Below are positions 22,526 to 28,836 of a stretch of 28,836 nucleotides of DNA, one piece after another. Source of the DNA: a virus. Taxonomy: Duplodnaviria; Caudoviricetes. The translations under genes were made by a program, and so were the position numbers. Where the stretch lies: positions 1 through 28,836 of the IMG/VR virus record IMGVR_UViG_3300033402_000049, one strand, 5' to 3'. How positions within the stretch are numbered: position 1 is the stretch's first letter; each line of letters opens with the position of its first letter. The notes beneath the pieces were generated by a model, which was not told the origin of the DNA, searched no databases, and saw only the letters and a list, made by a program, of their open reading frames with translations.

Positions 22526-24389
22526 AGAACTTATACCCGCGAAGCTTTCTCCTGAGAAAGAGACAGCTCTCAAAGGTTATCTCAAGCGTCGCACTTCTGA
22601 GCTTAAAGATAACATGAAAGAGCTCTATGAGGAGAAGATTGTCAAATACCGTGGAGCTTACGAAGCACGCCCTGCTCAGGAAAGGCGTTCGTTTCCTTGG
22701 GATGGTGCTTCGAATCTTGTTATTCCTATCATCGCGATACATACTGACACCCTTAACGCGCAGCTAATGGCTGCGGTGTTTAAGACTGAGCCTATTATTC
22801 TCGCCAAGATTTTGGGTGACTTCGGTCCTCAGTCGGATGTTTTCAAAGAAGCATATCAGGAATTCATGCAGTATGTCGCTATTGAACCTCATGAGCTCGA
22901 CCTCTATCGTGTGTATGGCGAGGCTTTTCCTGAGTGTATTAAGTATGGCACCGTGACGCTAAAGTGTCCCTGGGAACACAAGATGCGTGATTTCCTCATT
23001 CCGGGAGGAGATGGTTCGGGTTCGGAAAAGGATTTCCTCGCCAAGACGATTTATGAAGGCCCACGACCCGAGAAGCTTCCTTTTACCTCGTTTTACATAC
23101 CGCCGATGGCGAAGACGCTTGAGGACACAGACATAAAGTGCCACAAGCAAATTATGCTCCAGCATCAGCTTGAGGAGCGTAAATTCACTGATATCTACGA
23201 CCGTACAGCCGTCGATACTGTCCTTGGGCATCCTGACAGGACCAATCCTACCGAAGAGCAAACTGAGAAGGAGGACACGCTCGGAGCCAAGACGACAGGG
23301 TCGTGGGGACACAAAGAATGGGACATTTGGGAATGTCATCTTAATTGGCGTTACAATGATGAATCGTTTGCTCCTCGAATGATTGTCACTTACCATCCTC
23401 TCTCTGACACAATCCTTCGTGTCGTGTACGACAACTTCAAGATGGAATGGTTTGTCGGCGCTCGCATGGCGCATCGTGATGATATGTATCACGGACAGGG
23501 CTTCGCTGAAACGATATTTCCTTTTCAAGAAGGTGCGTCAGAAACCTACAATGGATATCGTGATAATCAGACCATTGCGAACACTCGTATATGGAGAATC
23601 GATCCTGATTCGAAGCTTAATCAAGGCTACAGCATCTACCCGTCGGTCAAGCTCCCGGCGATTAAGGACGAAATCGAAGCGATTGCTCATGGTGATGTCT
23701 CTAACATCAATCTTGATGAACTCAGATTGCTCCTCGAACTTGCTGAACGCCGTTCGGGGGTGAGTCCACCGCAGCAGGGAATGGGTGCTGGAGCACCTGG
23801 CAAGCGTGGAATCTACTCCGCGATGGGTACTTTGTCGTTGATTCAGGAGGGTAATTCGCGTAAGGATTTGAACGTGTCGGACATGCGTGATTCCCACGTT
23901 CGGTTGATGCGTTTGGTTAGCTATCAATACGGAACGCTCGGTCGAGATAGTAAGTATCAGGAAGAGCGCCTTAAACTCTTTGGTAAGAAAGCTTCTGTTA
24001 TTAAAGAAGCCCTCGACATGGTAGCTGATGGACGAATGGGTCTGCCTTGTTATTCGTCAACAGCGAGCATCAATAAGGAAGTGGAAAAGCAAAATGACGT
24101 CATGTTAACGCAAATCATGACGCGTCATTATCAGATGATTGCCCAACTTATTGGAGCTATGTCATCTGTAATGACTCCTCCACAGGTCAAACAGTATTTC
24201 GTAGAAGTAATCATTGCTTCAAACCTGCTGATGAAGAAGATACTCAGGAATTTTGGGCATGATGAGGTTGACCGCTTGGTCCCTGACCCACTCAAAGGAG
24301 GTACAAATGCCCCTCAACAAACTCCTGGCGCTGGAGCCGAACCGAACACTCAGCTGGCTGGAGGCGGCGGAAGGGCGCCAATTCAATGA
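22518..24389 (+). CDS. Portal protein (podovirus-type)
   Basis: 623 aa between TerL and scaffold; FPWDGASNLVIP, CIKYGTVTLK, LAERRSGVS, SAMGTLSLIQEGN. Confidence 0.85.
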   Translation: MAEELIPAKLSPEKETALKGYLKRRTSELKDNMKELYEEKIVKYRGAYEARPAQERRSFPWDGASNLVIPIIAIHTDTLNAQLMAAVFKTEPIILAKILGDFGPQSDVFKEAYQEFMQYVAIEPHELDLYRVYGEAFPECIKYGTVTLKCPWEHKMRDFLIPGGDGSGSEKDFLAKTIYEGPRPEKLPFTSFYIPPMAKTLEDTDIKCHKQIMLQHQLEERKFTDIYDRTAVDTVLGHPDRTNPTEEQTEKEDTLGAKTTGSWGHKEWDIWECHLNWRYNDESFAPRMIVTYHPLSDTILRVVYDNFKMEWFVGARMAHRDDMYHGQGFAETIFPFQEGASETYNGYRDNQTIANTRIWRIDPDSKLNQGYSIYPSVKLPAIKDEIEAIAHGDVSNINLDELRLLLELAERRSGVSPPQQGMGAGAPGKRGIYSAMGTLSLIQEGNSRKDLNVSDMRDSHVRLMRLVSYQYGTLGRDSKYQEERLKLFGKKASVIKEALDMVADGRMGLPCYSSTASINKEVEKQNDVMLTQIMTRHYQMIAQLIGAMSSVMTPPQVKQYFVEVIIASNLLMKKILRNFGHDEVDRLVPDPLKGGTNAPQQTPGAGAEPNTQLAGGGGRAPIQ

Positions 24390-24579
24390 ACTCGTTGAAG
24401 ATTGGGCCGCGACGGAGTATCGTAAGTTACGTGCCTCGACAGAGGATTTTGAGGTTTTTCGTGCTCAGGGGGCGTTGAAGTATCTTTCGCAGATTGTGGA
24501 GCTACCTCAGGAGATACGGAGTTATCTCCATGATGTTTCTACAGGAAAGCGAAAGAAAATTGAACTAAAGGAGATTTGA
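24307..24579 (+). CDS. Small head-module protein
   Basis: AAGGAGGT SD before ATG 24307; FRAQGALKYL..LP motif as seen in post-portal proteins. Confidence 0.7.
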   Translation: MPLNKLLALEPNRTLSWLEAAEGRQFNELVEDWAATEYRKLRASTEDFEVFRAQGALKYLSQIVELPQEIRSYLHDVSTGKRKKIELKEI

Positions 24580-24580
24580 T

Positions 24581-25327
24581 ATGGGTTGGCTTGACAGCAT
24601 TAAAGACAAGAAAGAAAGGGATAAAATCCCCGAAAGACTTCGCGACAAGTCTCCTGAAGAGATTGTTGCTGAGATTGAGAAGTCCGACAAGCTCGCAGCG
24701 GACCTTGCTGCTGAAAAGGCTGCTCGCGCTGAGGATTCGAAGAAAGTCGAGACGATTAGTACAGAGTTTGAGAAGGTGAAGACTCGACTTGCAGAGGCTG
24801 AGGCCAATCGGAATGTTCCTCCGAAGAAGGAAACTCCCGAAGAACCCGCTAACTTCATCGAGGAGCCTGACAAAGCGTTCGCTCAACGTGTCAGTCCTCT
24901 TGCGACTATTACTCTTCAAAATGCCGCTATAACTGCTCGTATGCTCGCTCAGCAAGAGCTTGACAACACCGACCTCAATAGCGAAGGCAAGACGATGGAC
25001 GGTCGCTTGTTTCGTGCTTGGCAGGCCGAACTCAATGCTGAGTCGAAGAAATACCAAGCTGCTCAGCTTGCTACTCCGCAGGCTTGGCTCGGTATTTTCT
25101 ACTACCTGAAAGGCATTCACGCTGATGAGCTTCGCGATCCGGAGGCTCGCAAGAAAAAGTACAACTTTCTTGAACCCTCCAATACGCAGGTCGTTCGTCA
25201 GAATGAGGAGAAGAAGACGCCTTCGGATCAGTTGACTGATGCTGAAAAGCACGTCGCAGATAAAATGGGCGTTAGCCACGAGAACTACCTCAAACGAAAG
25301 AAATCCATGCAGTTTGTCAATGCGTAA
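24581..25327 (+). CDS. Putative capsid scaffolding protein
   Basis: Charged helical protein; C-terminal LTDAEKHVADKMGVSHENYLKRK. Confidence 0.75.
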   Translation: MGWLDSIKDKKERDKIPERLRDKSPEEIVAEIEKSDKLAADLAAEKAARAEDSKKVETISTEFEKVKTRLAEAEANRNVPPKKETPEEPANFIEEPDKAFAQRVSPLATITLQNAAITARMLAQQELDNTDLNSEGKTMDGRLFRAWQAELNAESKKYQAAQLATPQAWLGIFYYLKGIHADELRDPEARKKKYNFLEPSNTQVVRQNEEKKTPSDQLTDAEKHVADKMGVSHENYLKRKKSMQFVNA

Positions 25328-25337
25328 GGAGATTACG

Positions 25338-25973
25338 ATGCCTGAACCAACAATTACAAGCAAGAATCTACCCCCAAACCAACAGCCGGGAGCTCTAAAG
25401 ACCTCACCCCCTATGGGGCTTCCGGCTGTGCCTCCAGTCGAAGCGCTGATTCCTTACGACCAAATCGTTGCAAAGCCACTTCGTCAGCCTAATTTCATTG
25501 CTTTGAAGCCGAAAAACCCTAATATGTCGCTTTTTTGGGGTAATCGTGTTGTTGGCGAGAAGGAATCTGGGCTTCGCTACGACCAGCTCATTGCGATGGG
25601 CTTTGTTCCTGCAACTCCTGCGGACGTGCTTACGAACTTGGGACAGGCATGTCCTCCAGCACTTTGTCGGGATGGTCGTATCATGTACGGCGATTTGATT
25701 CTACTCAAGATTCCCCGCGCTGATTACCTCGGCGCCCTGAAATGGAACGAGCAGAGCGCTCGCGCTCGCGTCAAGAAGCCCGGTGTTGCTCTTGACGGTG
25801 TCGGAGCCTCGAAAGACTTTGGCCGTGAGGCCGTGGCGACCGACGGTCGCGCACCGATGACCCCTGTGGGGTTCCCACGAAAAGTTTCGCCGTTTGTACC
25901 TGCTCTCGCAGAGGTCGACGCGAAAACAGCGGACAATTCTGGTCCAGAGGTAAACCTCGCGGAAAAGTCATAG
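25338..25973 (+). CDS. Head-module protein of unknown function
   Basis: TAAGGAG SD before ATG 25338; GRIMYGDLILLKIP. Confidence 0.7.
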   Translation: MPEPTITSKNLPPNQQPGALKTSPPMGLPAVPPVEALIPYDQIVAKPLRQPNFIALKPKNPNMSLFWGNRVVGEKESGLRYDQLIAMGFVPATPADVLTNLGQACPPALCRDGRIMYGDLILLKIPRADYLGALKWNEQSARARVKKPGVALDGVGASKDFGREAVATDGRAPMTPVGFPRKVSPFVPALAEVDAKTADNSGPEVNLAEKS

Positions 25974-26009
25974 CTGGTTCTAGCCCCAATCACTTAGGAA
26001 AGGAGACAC

Positions 26010-26597
26010 ATGGCTTCAGCAGAAATCCACAGTGTACAGTCTGTAAGCGGTAATCAGGCTCGTATACGCCGACTTCCTGAAGAAGCTGGCCAGACGTTCA
26101 TGCCTGGGACGCCCGTGCAGATAGCCTCCGGTGACGGGGGCTTGAAGGCATGGGACGGCGTCACGGTTGCGTTTGGTATAGCTGGTTTTTCAAAGGAAGC
26201 CGGGAATAACCTAGCTGCTTTGGGAGTTACTCCAACAGCAGCAGTCAACCCAACACCGCAGCCTTCGTTTGGTGCAGTCCCATTCGAGACTTCGGCGAAA
26301 AATATCACAAGGCCGTTGTTTATTGACGGCAGACAAGGGTTCGAGGTTGCCGCAGCAGATACGGTCTTCCTTGCACAAGTCGGTCCTGCTCAATCAACTG
26401 TCCTCTCGGACGTGGGGAAGCAATATGGGATGACTCAAGACACAGACGGACACTGGTACGTCGATAAGACGAAGTCTGGTGCCGCGGCTGTAGTCAATAT
26501 CACCCGACTCGACCCCAATGACCAAGGTATTCTTGGCTCAACCACCCGTGGCGTTTATATTAGCGTGCTGCTCTCTGCTGCACAGCTTGTATCATAA
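26010..26597 (+). CDS. Putative capsid decoration / minor head protein
   Basis: EEAGQTFMPGTPVQIASG..IAGF; beta-rich; directly upstream of the capsid gene. Confidence 0.65.
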   Translation: MASAEIHSVQSVSGNQARIRRLPEEAGQTFMPGTPVQIASGDGGLKAWDGVTVAFGIAGFSKEAGNNLAALGVTPTAAVNPTPQPSFGAVPFETSAKNITRPLFIDGRQGFEVAAADTVFLAQVGPAQSTVLSDVGKQYGMTQDTDGHWYVDKTKSGAAAVVNITRLDPNDQGILGSTTRGVYISVLLSAAQLVS

Positions 26598-26609
26598 GGT
26601 GAACTGACT

Positions 26610-27563
26610 ATGACTATGGTACGCGGGCAGTTCGCGCAACTCATGGCTCCGGGATTACACGACGAGTTCATCCACTGGATTGATTTGCTTCAGCGTGATG
26701 AAGAATATTCACATATCTTCCATGTTGAAACATCGAAGATGGCTTATGAAGATGAAGTTGAGTTCGCTGGCTTGCCTCCTTTGGTGGAAAAGCCAGAAGG
26801 CGAATCGATTTCATACTCCGATGCGATTCAGGGTGGCGCGAAGCGCTATTTGCACCTGACCTATGGTTTGGGCGTTCGCTGTTCGTTTGAGTTGTATGAA
26901 GACGACCAGTACAATGTCATCAACCAAGTTCCGAAGGCTCTTGCACGCAGCGCTCATTTTATTAAGGAGCAACAGGCTTTCAACGTTTTTAACCTTGGCT
27001 TCACTACGGTTACAACGACTGATGGCTTGTCGCTTTTTAGCAACGCGCATCCGCTTCTTGGTGGTCCTGCGGCGACTTCGGTCACTCCGGGTATCTCCAA
27101 CATTATTGCTTCGGCAGGCACCTATCCAAATAGGCCCCCGGTCGACGTTGACCTTAGCTTCACAGCTATTCAGTTGATGGTCAACTTCTTCGAGCGTCTG
27201 CCTGACAGCCAGGGTTTGCCAATTACAATCAAGCCCAGAACGGTTGTTATCCCCCCTGAACTCAAGTGGATAGCCCGTGAGATCCTCGGCTCGCCTCACA
27301 AGCCTTACACAGCTGACAACGAAATCAATGCAATCCTCGCTGAGGATTTGCAGTATTTTGTTTGTCATTACCTCACCTCGCAGAGCGCTTGGTTCGTGAT
27401 TGCGGATAAGATGGCCCATCGGCTCAAGTTCTTTGTCAGGCACGAGCTTGACGAAGACTTCGCGGATGACTTCGACACAAGGTCGATTAAGCAGGTTAGC
27501 TTTATGCGTATCAGCGTGGGCGCGACAGTATGGGAGGGCACCTTCGGCAGTAATGGGCCGTAA
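26610..27563 (+). CDS. Major capsid protein (HK97 fold, Mu gpT/PaP3-like)
   Basis: FAQLMAPGL, KPEGESISY, TYGLG..SFELYEDD.Y, ALARSA..KEQQAFNVFN, DGLSLFSNAHP, PRTVVIPPEL, YLTSQSAWF. Confidence 0.92.
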   Translation: MTMVRGQFAQLMAPGLHDEFIHWIDLLQRDEEYSHIFHVETSKMAYEDEVEFAGLPPLVEKPEGESISYSDAIQGGAKRYLHLTYGLGVRCSFELYEDDQYNVINQVPKALARSAHFIKEQQAFNVFNLGFTTVTTTDGLSLFSNAHPLLGGPAATSVTPGISNIIASAGTYPNRPPVDVDLSFTAIQLMVNFFERLPDSQGLPITIKPRTVVIPPELKWIAREILGSPHKPYTADNEINAILAEDLQYFVCHYLTSQSAWFVIADKMAHRLKFFVRHELDEDFADDFDTRSIKQVSFMRISVGATVWEGTFGSNGP

Positions 27564-27573
27564 GGAGACTACG

Positions 27574-28647
27574 ATGAAAAAGACACTGTTTCTTGCATTA
27601 CTCTTGCTTCTGACCTGCGGTCTGTCGACAGCTCAGCAACAGGTTGTGTATTCACAGACCTACAGTCCTGTTCCTGCTCCGACAACCCCGACGCTCTACA
27701 CTTCGACCACAGGTGGTGTTCTTACTGCACAGACATATCGTTTGTGTATTACTTACTTCACCCTCGCGAACAACGAGTCGATGTGTTCAACCGACACAAG
27801 CGCGACGATTACAACGACGGGTACGACCTCGACCGTTTATATCAACGCTCCTGGAGCACCAATCGCTTCAGGAATGGGGCCGAACGTTGTTGGGTATCGT
27901 GTGTATGTCAGTGCTGGTGCTAGTGGTTCTGAAAAACTTCAGACCATGACCGCAGCTCAGTGTACACTTGCTGCGTCTTCGACAGCGGCGTGCTCCATTA
28001 CTTCTGGATACGTGCTGAACGTTACGATGCTGGCGGTTACTGCTATACCTACGGCATCGACCGCCTACTCACCTGAAATCGGACGTGCTCCGGGTATTTC
28101 CGAAGCTATCCTCGGTGTTTACGTTCATCACCTTGCGTGGACGGTTTCTGGAACGGTTTCGACCTGCACGACAGCGATTGACTCTGCTCCGGACAACCTG
28201 ACGTGGTCAGCCGGCGGTGTCATGGCTGCTCAGACATGTACGGCGGGTGGAGCTTTTTCTACTAGTGGCGTCACTGCTAACTACATAGCCCTCAACGTAA
28301 CTGCGCTGACATCGAGCAACGGCACAGCCTCGCTAACGGTGACATACTATGGAGATTATAGCTCAATTTACCAATCCCCTCTAAGGGGATACTTCATTGT
28401 CTCGGGGACAATTACCCCTGCGGCTACTTCAGCGGCTATTCAGACGGTTGCCCAGGCTTTTACCTTAACAGGCCTCGAACCCACCGACCGTGTATTTCTT
28501 ATCAGTCAGCCGGCTCCGACATCTCTGTGTCCTGTTACGTCAGTAGGCGTAGCGGCGGTTAACTCGGTAAACCTCTACTTCACTGTACTCACTGCCGCGG
28601 CCTGTACTCCTGCGGCGGGAGTGTTTACTTTTGGTATTATTCGCTAG
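27574..28647 (+). CDS. Thr/Ala-rich beta-structured protein with Sec signal peptide
   Basis: TAAGGAG SD; MKKTLFLALLLLLTCGLSTA-QQ; Ig/FN3-like segment VVGYRVYVS; several Cys that could pair. Confidence 0.8.
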   Translation: MKKTLFLALLLLLTCGLSTAQQQVVYSQTYSPVPAPTTPTLYTSTTGGVLTAQTYRLCITYFTLANNESMCSTDTSATITTTGTTSTVYINAPGAPIASGMGPNVVGYRVYVSAGASGSEKLQTMTAAQCTLAASSTAACSITSGYVLNVTMLAVTAIPTASTAYSPEIGRAPGISEAILGVYVHHLAWTVSGTVSTCTTAIDSAPDNLTWSAGGVMAAQTCTAGGAFSTSGVTANYIALNVTALTSSNGTASLTVTYYGDYSSIYQSPLRGYFIVSGTITPAATSAAIQTVAQAFTLTGLEPTDRVFLISQPAPTSLCPVTSVGVAAVNSVNLYFTVLTAAACTPAAGVFTFGIIR

Positions 28648-28656
28648 AGGCGTTTC

Positions 28657-28836
28657 ATGAACCTCGATTGGCTTGCAGGATTCTTCGACGGCGAGGGTGG
28701 TATTTTTGTAGGAAATTGATCGTCTTAATAACTACGACCGACCCCCGAAAATCTCTTTCATTCGAAGAAGTGACAGAATTTTTACAAGGGCTTTGGACAA
28801 CCTTGGTGTTACAAAAGAGCAACTTTCGGAAGCTCT
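28657..28836 (+). pseudogene. Degenerate LAGLIDADG endonuclease remnant
   Basis: MNLDWLAGFFDGEGGIFVGN then stop at 28717-28719; the +1 frame stays open (EIDRLNNYDRP..) to the window edge. Confidence 0.6.

Noticed and set aside
22959-27443. Long minus-strand ORFs (22959-23528, 24539-25363, 26811-27443)
   Set aside because: Antisense shadows of the portal, scaffold and capsid genes.

Overview
The window is part of a tailed dsDNA phage genome with two divergent arms. The portal-scaffold-capsid order and PolA suggest a podovirus-type phage. The left arm (1-17.7 kb, minus strand) carries early and replication genes: a family-4 UDG fused to a PolA-type 3'-5' exonuclease (absent from the ORF track because it runs off the left edge), a GNAT, a ParB-DNA methyltransferase, SSB, Sak4-like ATPase, HNH, Cas4-like nuclease, minimal FtsK, vWA and J-domain proteins, and many small ORFs. 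The right arm (18.0-28.8 kb, plus strand) carries terminase, membrane/lysis-like genes including an outer-membrane beta-barrel, portal, scaffold, major capsid, a signal-peptide protein and a LAGLIDADG remnant. The most striking element is at 7135-7994. A DIP1984/septicolysin-like coiled-coil gene is followed directly by a ~297-nt RNA closed by a ~15-bp terminal stem. That stem encloses a complete but atypical tRNA-Gln(UUG)-like cloverleaf, an AAAGYYN heptamer array and a GNRA-capped multibranch domain, which suggests an uncharacterised protein-RNA system. All calls come from reading motifs by eye; no database searches or folding programs were run.
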